Positions 24,501-34,223 of a stretch of 64,000 nucleotides of DNA are shown in pieces. A program made the translations under genes and the position numbers. The notes under the pieces were generated by a model that saw nothing but the letters and a program-made list of their open reading frames with translations, ran no database searches and was not told where the DNA came from. This DNA comes from Mobula birostris. Lineage: Eukaryota. Each line of letters opens with the position of its first letter. Position 1 is the stretch's first letter. Where the stretch lies: contig NC_092377.1 of the NCBI RefSeq assembly GCF_030028105.1, forward strand, positions 5,027,079 to 5,091,078, written 5' to 3'.

Positions 24501-27500
24501 TGCTTTGTGGGCATCATTTATTTTAATTTTCAGAGAGCTAGGCAGCTGCTTAGAAGAGCCCATGGCTGCTGATTGTTGGGACAAGGCTTGAGGAGTCAGT
24601 GTATTTATAAAGCTTTGAAATTTGCATGACCTGGCCTTTCATAGAACATAGAACAGAGAACATAGAATAGTACAGAACAGTACAGGCCCTTCGGCCCACA
24701 ATGTTGTGCCGACCCTCAAACCCTGCCTCCCAAATAAGCCCCCACCTTAGATTCCTCCAGATACCTGTCTAGTAGTCTATTAAACTTCACTAGTGTATCT
24801 GCCTCCACCACTGACTCAGGCAGTGCATTCCACGCACCAACCACTCCCTGCGTAAAAAACCTTCCTCTAATATCCCCCTTGAACTTCCCACCCCTTACGT
24901 TAAAGCCATGTCCTCTTGTATTGAGCAGTGGTGCCCTGGGGGAAGAGGCGCTGGCTATCCACTCTATCTATTCCTCTTATTATCCTTTACACCTCTATCA
25001 TGTCTCCTCTCATCCTCCTTCTCTCCAAAGAGTAAAGCCCTAGCTCCCTTAATCTCTGATCATAATGCATACTTTCTAAACCAGGCAGCATCCTGGTAAA
25101 TCTCCTCTGTACCCTTTCCAATGCTTCCACATCCTTCCTATAGTGAGGTGACCAGAACTGGACACAATACTCCAAGTGTGGCCTAACCAGAGTTTTATAG
25201 AGCTGCATCATTACATCGCAACTCTTAAACTCTATCCCTCGACTTATGAAAGCTAACACCCCATAAGCTTTCTTAACTACCCTATCCACCTGTGAGGCAA
25301 CTTTCAGGGATCTGTGGACATGTACCCCGAGATCCCTCTGCTCCTCCACACTACCAAGTATCCTGCCATTTACTTTGTACTCTGCCTTGGAGTTTGTCCT
25401 TCCAAAGTGTACCACCTCACACTTCTCTGGGTTGAACTCCATCTGCCACTTCTCAGCCCACTTCTGCATCCTATCAATGTCTCTCTGCAATCTTTGACAA
25501 TCCTCTACACTATCTACAACACCACCAACCTTTGTGGCATCTGCAAACTTGCCAACCCACCCTTCTACCCCCACATCCAGGTCGTTAATGAAAATCACAA
25601 AAAGTAGAGGTCCCAGAACAGATCCTTGTGGGACACCACTAGTCACAATCCTCCAATCTGAATGTACTCCCTCCACCACCACCCTCTGCCTTCTGCAGGC
25701 AAGCCAATTCTGAATCCATCTGGCCAAACTTCCCTGGATCCCATGCCTTCTAACTTTCTGAATAAGCCTATCGTTTGGAACCTTGTCAAATGCCTTACTA
25801 AAATCCATATAGATCACATCCACTGCACTACCCTCATCTATATGCCTGGTCACCTCCTCAAAGAACTCTTTCAGGCTTGTTAGACACGATCTGCCCTTCA
25901 CAAAGCCATGCTGACTGTCCCTGATCAGACCATGATTCTCTAAATGCCTATAGATCCTATCTCTAAGAATCTTTTCCAACAGCTTTCCCACCACAGACAT
26001 AAGGCTCACTGGTCTATAATTACCTGGACTATCCCTACTACCTTTTTTGAACAAGGGAACAACATTCGCCCCCCTCCAGTCCTCCGGTACTATTCCTGTG
26101 GACAACGAGGACATAAAGATTCTAGCCAGAGGCTCAGCAATCTCTTCTCTCACCTCGTGGAGCAGCCTGGGGAATATTCCGTCAGGCCCCGGGGACTTAT
26201 CTGTCCTAATGTATTTTAACAACTCCAACACCTCCTCTCCCTTAATATCAGCATGCTCCAGAACATCAACCTCACTCATATTGTCCGCACTGTCATCAAG
26301 TTCCCTCTCATTGGTGAATACCGAAGAGAAGTATTCATTGAGGACCTCGCTCACTTCCACAGCCTCCAGGCACATCTTCCCACCTTTATCTCTAATCGGT
26401 CCTACCTTCACTCCTGTCATCCTTGTTTTCTTCACATAATTGAAGAATGCCTTGAGGTTTTCCTTTACCCTACTCGCCAAGGCCTTCTCATGCCCCCTTC
26501 TTGCTCTTCTCAGCCCCTTCTTAAGTTCCTTTCTTGCTTCCCTATATTCCTCAATAGATCCATCTGATCCGTGCTTCCTAAACCTCATGTATGCTGCCTT
26601 CTTCCTCCTGACTAGATTTTCCACCTCACTTGTCACTCATGGTTCCTTCACCCTACCATTCTTTATCTTCCTCACCGGGACAAATTTATCCCTTACATCC
26701 CGCAAGAGATCTCTAAACATCGACCACATGGCTAACAATGACTGTGACTAGGCCATAGCCCTAACAAGCTAATTAAGGTCTGAGACCTTGGTAAAAGTTA
26801 TCTGAGAGCTCAAATATCTTGGGGTGCCCAAACTTTTGCATGGTACTCCTTTCCTTTTTTTCACTCTAAAATTGTACAAAACAAAAACTATACACTAATC
26901 TTGCTTAAAATTGTATGCATTTCTAAATGACAATAAAAGAGGACTGAGTGTTCTCATCATATAAAATGTTGAAAAGAATGTTTTATCTTTAACTTTATGA
27001 CCTTTGGAGATCAGTTTATCTTCTACTCACTTAACTATTCACAGTAACAGAAATTTTGACCAGGGTGCCCAAACTTTGCATGCCACTGTACTTGTTAATG
27101 ACTACAGATTCTCTGTTCCTCACCGATCATTATTACAAATGCTGATTCTTGTAACAGAATTGGCGTCCCTAGGTGGGCTGGACGATAAATCATTTTGTTC
27201 AGCAGGAGACTCGAGTCAGAGTCGGACCACCTGGGTGTGTTATAGTGATCTGGGGCTTGGTAGTTAGTGTTTACTAACCTAGGATGATGAATTCAGGAAA
27301 TTCTGCAAGTCCACAGGTCTTGGATTGTTTCGTTTGGAGGGGAGACCACCAGAAATACGTGTTGGAGAAGTGGCCACAGTACGAGGAGTTTGTGAGTCAC
27401 CCTGGCTGTGAAGGGAAAACTGCTGGTGATGATCTGTGGAAAATCGCCCAAGGGAAGCTGTCGAGCAGGAAGTTTAAACAATTACGAAAGAACAGTAGCA

Positions 27501-30500
27501 GCTGGGTGTTTAATTGAGGATTTGATGGAATTACGACAAAATGCTAAAGCGGAACGGCACAGATTGGAACTAGAAAACAAATATCGGCAAAAAGCAGAAG
27601 CTCAGCGAGAGAGGTTACAGAAGGAAATCCTAGAATATCGGTAAAAAGCAGAAGCTGAGTGAGATAGGTTACAACAGGAAATAATAGAAAAATGGCTAAA
27701 AGCTGAGACCGAGCGGGAGAGGTTAGTAGGAGAACACAAGAGGCTCCAAAAGGAGGTAGAAACCTATCGAGAAAGAGTTACTGATTTACAGGGTCAGAGA
27801 GGTATGGGCTTGATGCACACGAACCATTTCAGTTGAAGTGTGAGAAATTACTTACAGACAAGAGTAAACTGGAGGAAGCAGCCGAACAAGTGAAGGATGA
27901 AGTGGAAGGATTAAGGAAACAGTGCAGTGATTTAAAGACGGCTTTGAATGTGATTCAGAAATCAGCACAGGAAAGGAAGAGTAACAGTGGTGATCATGCA
28001 AAGTGTTTAAAGCACATTCAAAAGCTGCAGAACCAACTTGCTGCACAGTGAGGAATAATATGTGCTTTTGGAATTGAAAAAGGGGAGGAAGGTGAATATA
28101 GAGACATTGATTGGCATGATTTAGCAGATGAAGATATGGTTAAAATAATTATGAAACACCATTTCCCGAGGAGCTCCCACCGACGCCCTACCAACGAGAG
28201 CCGGTGCTACCGTCTGCACGATTGGCACCCCCTAGTTACTATCAGAGAGGGGGGAGCAGGGGAAGCAAATCAAAATCAGAATCACCTTAGAGATATTGCT
28301 AAAGATATCAGGACTTGTGTGCTCGGAGACGATCCTCGAGAGCTTTTTCAAGCAACTAGTCATCAGAGAATAATACATGGCCTAGACAACTCTGAGTAAA
28401 GGAAATTGATTATAATGTGTTTACACCCAAATATACACTCAGCTTTGCCAGATATTCAATGACATGGTGGGGGAACAAGTGAGGAACTGAAAAACGCAGT
28501 AATGACTGTTATGGGTGTTAACAGAGGAGACCCGGTAGACGCGCTAGTCAGATGTTATCAAAGGAGAGGTGAACATCCCACTGCATTCACATCCCGTTTA
28601 TGGACTGTGTCCCAAGGGATTTATGGGACAGCATTAGAGCTGGACCATTTAGGACCAGAGGCATCAAATAGTTGGTTGAGGACACTCGAGACTCACTGCA
28701 CTGATGAATCTAAAAGTGCACTGGAAACGTTTGATCCTTCTGTACACACATACTGAGGCAAGGGTACTGAGGAAAATGTGTAGAGTGCGGGAAAAGGAGA
28801 TACAAAGACCAACTAAACTCTCTAATGGGAAGGTGATGCCTGTCGAAGGTCAGGCATCTGCCTGGAGGAATAATGAGGGTAGGGGACCCACCCGAGGGTC
28901 TCCCTGCCACACCATCAAGGAGCAAGGAAGGGCAGAGGAAATGGAACAGGGCCAGGAACAGGGAGAACAGAAGCTGTAGTAATTTAATGCTATAACTGTG
29001 GTCAAAATGGGCACATTAAGAGAGAATGTCCAAACCTGAGATGAGAAAGAGCAGAGCAATGGGGTTTGTCCTCGGAGGGGCCAGGAAGACTGAGCCCACA
29101 AAATAACATGGTGGAGACACCACCATCCAGGGAATTGTACCCTGAGCTTCAGTGACGATGTCAGGACTCACCAACATGGATGTGTGACACAAGGTGGGAT
29201 TTTACCTCTAGTGAATGGCAGGATCAGAGGCAGCCCTGTTTACCTTTTTATGGGACACTGGAGAATCCCGAGCCACCATCAACACCACTAATATGAATAA
29301 TGCAAATTGGGAGATACAAGGAAAAAATTATTCTAAGTGGATTCACAGGACATTCGCAAGTGGGACATGTGAGTGTACCATTGGAAATAAGGTTAGGAGA
29401 CATAGCATTGGAACATTCAGTAGTGATGATGAAATTACCCAGGGAGCAGGAACATGTACTGGGGAGTGATTATATGGACAAAGCGGGGCTTTGTTTTGAC
29501 CCAGTTAATTGTATGATTTGGCAGATGCCAACTGGCATGAATAGCATGCACCACATGCAGATCCCAGCAGGAGAACATCAGGACAACGTGTGAAATGTGG
29601 ATAAAACCGGAGGAGATAGCAATAATCAGACGGTGCAGCAAATTATTGCACAGAACTCGGAGGCATCTGCAAGGCACAAGCTTGACTGAGGAAAGATGTC
29701 TGACAGTGTGTGCATACAAGGTCCAGACCACAAACCTCAAAAGCAATATGGGTTTCCCAAAAAAAGCAGAGGAAGATGTAGGAAAGGTAATACAGCGTCA
29801 AGGGGTAGAAAGGCCAGTAGCCTCCACTAACAACTCACCCATGTGACCAGTGAGGAAACCAGATGGTAGTTAGAGACTGACAATAGACTATCGAGAGCTG
29901 AATGAAGTAACTGCATTAACAGCCCCAACTGTAGCAACTTGCCGGGAGACGGTGGTCAAACAGAATGAAAGAGCACAATAGAAACATAGAAACATAGAAA
30001 ATAGGTGCAGGAGTAGGCCATTCGGCCCTTCGAGCCTGCACCGCCATTTATTATGATCATGGCTGATCATCCAACTCAGAACACCGCCCCAGCCTTCCCT
30101 CCATACCCCCTGACCCCCGTAGCCACAAGGGCCATATCTAACTCCCTCTTAAATATAGCCAATGAACTGGCCTCAACTGTTTCCTGTGGCAGAGAATTCC
30201 ACAGATTCACCACTCTCTGTGTGAAGAAGTTTTTCCTAATCTCAGTCCTAAAAGGCTTCCCCTCTATCCTCAAACTGTGACCCCTCGTTCTGGACTTCCC
30301 CAACATTGGGAACAATCTTCCCGCATCTAGCCTGTCCAATCCCTTTAGGATCTTATACGTTTCAATCAGATCCCCCCTCAATCTTCTAAATTCCAACGAG
30401 TACAAGCCCAGTTCATCCATTCTTTCTTCATATGAAAGTCCTGCCATCCCAGGAATCAATCTGGTGAACCTTCTCTGTACTCCCTCTATGGCAAGGATGT

Positions 30501-33500
30501 CTTTCCTCAGATTAGGTTCACAGTTTAAGACGTAAATAATGGACTTTGGTCTATCCCACTAGAACGAGAGTGTCAATACAAGTTCGCATTTACCTTTCAG
30601 GAGCAGCAGTATACATGGACTGCCCTGCCACAGGGGTTCCATATTTCCCAATCTATATTTCACCAACACTTAGGTGAAGGGTTAAAATGGTTTTCAAAAC
30701 CCAAGTGCTTGGTACAATATGTAGATCTACTCCTGCAGACTGAAACCAAGCAGGAACATTATCAGCTATTGACAGAACTGTTGCAATCATTGGAAGTTGT
30801 CACAGGTAGATAGGGTCAGAAAGAAAACTTTTGGCTCATTGGTATTCATAAATCAAAGTACTGAGTACAGGAGATGGAATGTTACGTTGAAGTTGTATAA
30901 GATGTTGGTGAGGTGTAATTTGGAGTATTTATGCAGATTTGGAAAGATGTAAATAAGGTTGAAAGAGGACAGAGAAGATTTTCAAGGATGTCATCAGGAC
31001 TAGAGGACTTGAGCTCTCAGGAAAGATTTAACAGGTTAGGTCTTCATTCCTTAGAATGTAGAAAATTGAGAGCAGATTTGATAGAAGGATACAAAGTTGT
31101 CGGGGTACAGATAGGGTAAATGCAAGGAGGCTTTTTCCACTGTGGTTCAGTGGGACTATCACTGGATGACAGGGATTGAGGGTGAAGGTGAAAAGTTTAA
31201 AGGGAACATGAGGGGAATCTTCACTCAGAGGGTGGTGAGAGTGTGGAACGAGCTGCCAGCACAAGTGGTGCATGCAAGGTCGATTTGAAAGTTTATGAGA
31301 AGTTTGGATAGGTACATGGATGATCAGGATACGGAAGTCTCAGTGCAGGTCGATGGGTGTAAGCAGTTTAAATGGTTCAGCACAGACTAGATGGACTGAA
31401 AGGCCTACTGTACTTTTCTCTGACTCAATGACTCTAATAATATTCCTTCTGCCATTAATTGTATTCTCTTATTTACTTTGAATTTAATGGCCAGTCTGTT
31501 TCTTTTACACGCATCATTTTATCCTCTTCTCCTGTCCACTTGCTCTGACTGTTTTTCCGATTGGTAACATTGTCCAGTTCTGACAACTCACACCCACAGG
31601 GCAAGCTCTTAGTAAATTGGTTTATTATTGTCACACGTACTGAGGTATAGAGTAAAACCTGTTCATCCACAAAATGACTTGCCAAGATTTTCTATATTAT
31701 CCCAGAGTACTTGTCCTTTCCCACTTTTCCATTTCCCAACTGTTACCAGTTTACACTCCAGGGAAAACCATCCAACTCTCTGTTCTACTGGGGACATTAC
31801 AGAACCCCCTGTGTCTGACAGTCATCGTGTGAAGGTTGAATACTGAGATGCTGTTATTGTCAGTGTGAACTGACATTGACTTACCAGTTACATTGAGCTG
31901 TGTTCCTCCTCCGTAGATGTAACTCCACACTCTGCAGTTGTACGCTGCAGTGTCACTAATAGATGAGTGGCTGATGGTCAGAATGTAACTGTTACTCACG
32001 ACATTCCTGTAAGACTGAAAACGGTCAGAGATATACCCAGACCTGCTCACAGAGTCATTCACAAAGTGACTCAACACCCACTCGATATTGTTCCCAGGCT
32101 GCTGGTGGTACCAGTGGACATCGGTGACAGTCACACTGGCATTATATAAGGCACAGTGGAGCTGAACAGTTACACCCTCCGGCACCTTGCTGATTGGTGG
32201 ATCCTGCACAAGGACGGGATCATCCGCTGGATCTGTGTGTTGGATATGTAGACATTAATGTATATTTATGGAGCTCAATACAAGGCAGAATATTTCCCCA
32301 GAATTCAAGAATTTCTAAAATTTAATTAAATGTCAACCACAAAAATAATTTACAGCCTCTTTACTGCTCAACTCTATCTGGCTGGTTCTGACGTTTTGGC
32401 TGCCCTACAGTCATGGGGTCTGTTATCATTTGGAGAGAGTTCTGAAGACCATGTGGCATCGGCTGATAATATTTCTCCCTTTATCCCTGATCGGTCCACC
32501 TCTCAGTCTAGCCATTCTCCTGTTCCTCAGGTATGCGTAGAATGTCTTGAGGGTTTCCTTATTCCTACTCCCCAAGGCTCCTTCCAGCTCTCCCAGATCC
32601 CAAATGAAGATTCTTCCTTATAACCCTCAAGTGCCCCGTCTGATGTTTTACTTCATAAACTTGAAGTGTACTTCCTTCTTCCTCTTGACCAGATGTTCCA
32701 CTTCTCTTGTCAACCATGGTTCCTTCACCCTCCCTTCCTTTCCCTGACTCAATGGGGCAGAGCTATCTCTAACCCCATGGAAGTGGTCACAAACAACTTC
32801 CAGATTTCTGTTCAGTGAGTGGTTGAATTATCAATGCTTGAATGAGGAGGGAGAGTTGACACAAAACAAGAAAAAAAAGGAGCAGGAGTTGGCCATTTGT
32901 CCCACCGAACCTGTCTGCCATTCAATAAGATCATGGCTGATCTGGCCATGGACTCAAGTCCACGTACCTGCCTTTACCCCATAACCCTTAATTCCCCGAC
33001 TATGCAAAAATCTATTCAACCTTGTCTTAAATTGAGTTGGTTCATTGAAATCTATCACCAGCCAAGGCTTTTAGTCAGGCACTTTTGTACAGTGCTGAGC
33101 TGTAATAATAATAATAACTTATTCAAAGAGCACTCTTCATACAGACGGTGTAGTTCAATGTACTTTAAAAAGAGTGAAAGGGCAAACATGACAATAAAAT
33201 GAAAAAAAAGAAGGAAACATTATAATTAAAGACAAAAAGCTGCATGCAGCCCGGAGAACGTTGTCGTGACTCGCCGACACCATCTTGCATCCAAGAGCAA
33301 GTTGGTGCAGTCTATCATTGATTCTACAATGGTGATTATTCTGTTGTAGATTTGTTGAGTATGCCCGCAAGAAAATGAATCACAGGGTTGAATATGGTGA
33401 CATATATTGTCTTTGATAACAAATTTACTTTGAACTTTGAAAAGATGTTAATTGTTAAATAAATAGTTTTTTGAGTTGGCGATTAAAAGTGTAAACTGAG

Positions 33501-34223
33501 TCTACATCCCTTATAGTTTTAGGTTTTGAATTCAGCAGCTTTGCAGCTTTTGGAAGAGGTGGTTTAGATTTAAGAGACCCTAATCTATGACTCTGAACAC
33601 TGAACCGTTTCTCCTTTTCTCTCCTGTGATAACACACTCCACGTTGAAATTTATTTTCAAATATCCAACTGGACACACAGAGCAGACGGTCAGTCACCAC
33701 GTTGGTGCTCCCCACCCATGAGTTAGGGGCCACAGTGCTCTGGATCGTGTCCCAGTGATGGGGCTCCAGTATTACACTGTGTTCTTCAGTACAATGTGCC
33801 CAGCCACGGGAAGTGAGTGGTGGTGGAATAACTCCCAATGCAGGAACACACTGCTGAATAAATAGAACTTGTACTCACTGGTTACGATGAGCTGAGTGCC
33901 TTTCCCCTCGATGTATGTCCACACTCTGCAGTAATAGACGGCAGAATCACTGTGCACCACGTCTGTGACTGTCAGGGTGAAGCTGCTGTTCGACGTGTCT
34001 CTGTAGGGCAGGAACCTCTCAGTGAAACCCTGTCCCCTCTCTGTGCTGCCTCCTAATCTGTGTACTAAAACCCACTCCATGTCCTGCCCAGGTAGTTTCC
34101 GATACCAGTGGACGTCAGTGTCTTCCAGCCTGGCTTTGCTCATGGTACACCATAACCACGCCGTGTGACCCTCAGTGACACGCTGTATGCTCGGGGACTG
34201 GATAAGGACAGGAACGTCTGCAC
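6514..34223 (-). CDS. Spliced model: germline-joined VJ-type Ig-superfamily receptor (V-V-TM-cytoplasmic tail with YENV and ITAM); leader for the distal V not found in window
   Basis: Exons 34223-33879, 32232-31885, 10896-10777, 10610-10537, 9238-9197, 9106-9064 and 6542-6514 all have canonical AG/GT boundaries with matching phases (1-1, 1-1, 1-1, 1-0, 0-0, 0-1, 1-stop). They join into one open frame. The V2-to-TM junction across about 21 kb is inferred, not observed. Confidence 0.7.
7170..7410. repeat. 69-bp minisatellite, about 3.5 copies
   Basis: Unit starts at 7170, 7239, 7308 and about 7375 (ttctggtgtgg.atctccagtgtacaggaacacaagggaatc...acacctagttgtacca). Confidence 0.9.
7715..8385 (+). 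mobile_element. 5'-truncated CR1 LINE (RT C-terminus and 3' tail)
   Basis: [19 protein letters not shown] and [12 protein letters not shown] motifs; ends in a ctattgt microsatellite tail. Confidence 0.92.
9064..9106 (-). CDS. Cytoplasmic exon 3 (completes ITAM)
   Basis: 43 nt, phase 0-1; acceptor ttctgtgttctgtactag, donor gtatgt. Encodes [14 protein letters not shown]; joined to the previous exon it reads [15 protein letters not shown]. Confidence 0.87.
9197..9238 (-). CDS. Cytoplasmic exon 2 (first ITAM tyrosine)
   Basis: 42 nt, phase 0-0; acceptor gtgttctcttgtag, donor gtaagg. Encodes [14 protein letters not shown]. Confidence 0.85.
9270..10280. mobile_element. Penelope-like derived elements with inverted terminal sequences
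   Basis: Repeated caaaatgctggaggaactcagcag termini in both orientations. Internal GIY-YIG tail sequence (EEQHLIFRLGSLQPxGMNI-like, e.g. [20 protein letters not shown]). Confidence 0.7.
10537..10610 (-). CDS. Cytoplasmic exon 1 (DYENV tyrosine motif)
   Basis: 74 nt, phase 1-0; acceptor tctatttcacag, donor gtgagt. Encodes (H)[24 protein letters not shown]. Confidence 0.82.
10777..10896 (-). CDS. Transmembrane exon
   Basis: 120 nt, phase 1-1; acceptor tttccattcctcaaacag, donor gtacgt. Encodes [39 protein letters not shown]: an uncharged hydrophobic helix followed by an RRR stop-transfer. This frame is not in the ORF track. Confidence 0.9.
11246..11558. mobile_element. Non-autonomous inverted-repeat (Penelope-derived) insertion next to the V1 donor
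   Basis: Flanked by a 13-bp TSD tgaataaatagaa (11233-11245, 11559-11571). Internal inverted repeat cacaacacgctggaggaactcagcaggtc / gacctgctgagttcctccagcgtgttgtg. The equivalent site after V3 is empty. Confidence 0.88.
11583..11927 (-). pseudogene. Ig VJ-type exon V1, paralog of V3, with a dead splice donor (ATGAGT instead of GTGAGT)
   Basis: 345 nt open frame ending [19 protein letters not shown], about 90% identical to V3 by manual count. Position 11582 reads t where the equivalent V3 base 33878 reads c, so the donor +1 G is A. Confidence 0.8.
13561..13601 (-). pseudogene. Signal-peptide (leader) exon of the V1 cassette with a +1 frameshift
   Basis: Kozak context cccaccATGA and donor gtaatc. 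The exon is 41 nt. Removing one base from the A6 run at 13581-13586 gives [13 protein letters not shown]+G in phase 1, which fits the V1 acceptor ([20 protein letters not shown]). As given, the spliced frame stops early in V1. Confidence 0.72.
13870..17220 (+). mobile_element. Degraded CR1 ORF2 fragments with a nested Penelope-like piece (about 15630-16200)
   Basis: Endonuclease and RT motifs ([25 protein letters not shown]) with many stops and frameshifts. Confidence 0.75.
17726..21955 (-). mobile_element. Internally deleted Gypsy/Ty3 LTR retrotransposon (PNMA/Ma-type gag)
   Basis: Two LTRs (17726-19126 and 21208-21955) with TG...CA ends and a 4-bp TSD TACA (17722-17725, 21956-21959). PPT lies next to 19127 and a TGGGGGCT PBS at 21205-21198. 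ORF 21098-19863 has gag (LRIFSG...DDCETW...[11 protein letters not shown]) joined to the post-integrase tail; PR/RT/RNaseH are absent. Confidence 0.92.
18071..18905. repeat. Expanded C-rich minisatellite inside the 3' LTR
   Basis: About 17-19-bp units (ctctcctccgactccccgt); the same array is only about 190 bp in the other LTR (about 21545-21735). Confidence 0.9.
23326..27088 (-). mobile_element. Tc1 transposon with both ends present (IR/DR type), interrupted by CR1
   Basis: TA-flanked TIRs cagtggtatgcaaaattctgggcacccctggtcaaaa / ttttgaccagggtgcccaaactttgcatgccactg. Transposase fragments in ORFs 24369-24584, 23837-24280 and 23620-23808 ([24 protein letters not shown]). Confidence 0.93.
24641..26730 (-). 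mobile_element. Relatively young 5'-truncated CR1 with a 549-aa uninterrupted RT frame
   Basis: ORF 24987-26636 ([39 protein letters not shown]); the 3' microsatellite tail lies at 24641. Confidence 0.95.
27161..27179 (+). promoter_or_regulatory. Primer-binding site complementary to tRNA-Asn
   Basis: TGGCGTCCCTAGGTGGGCT versus the complement of the vertebrate tRNA-Asn(GUU) 3' end, TGGCGTCCCTGGGTGGGCT (one mismatch), 4 nt after the LTR end. Confidence 0.8.
29978..30514 (-). mobile_element. 5'-truncated CR1 inserted in the ERV RT
   Basis: ORF 30076-30459 ([12 protein letters not shown]) with an atagaaac tail; ERV RT motifs resume in register on both sides. Confidence 0.9.
31885..32232 (-). 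CDS. Ig V-set exon (V2, probable domain 2) with J-like G strand
   Basis: 348 nt, phase 1-1; acceptor caacacacag, donor gtaagt. [12 protein letters not shown]...LHC...VHWYHQQPG...[23 protein letters not shown]. The linker-like N-terminus and three N-x-S/T sequons (NAS, NDS, NVT) fit a membrane-proximal domain. Confidence 0.95.
33879..34223 (-). CDS. Ig V-set exon (V3, probable domain 1) with J-like G strand encoded in the same exon
   Basis: 345 nt, phase 1-1; acceptor ctcccttacag, donor gtgagt. Translation [26 protein letters not shown]...VHWYRK...[23 protein letters not shown] has B-strand Cys, C-strand Trp, DxAxYYC and GxGTQL. No stop and no RSS. Confidence 0.95.

Larger units (their letters stand above)
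22855..30780 (+). mobile_element. Degraded endogenous retrovirus-like element (5' LTR, PBS, gag, protease, partial RT)
   Basis: LTR 22855-27156 interrupted by Tc1, with CCAAT at 23028/23044 and TATAA at 23070. PBS at 27161; coiled-coil gag from 27284; CCHC knuckle [14 protein letters not shown] at 28988-29029; DTG at 29254-29262. RT motifs [24 protein letters not shown]...LPQGF and QYVD-LLL. Confidence 0.85.
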
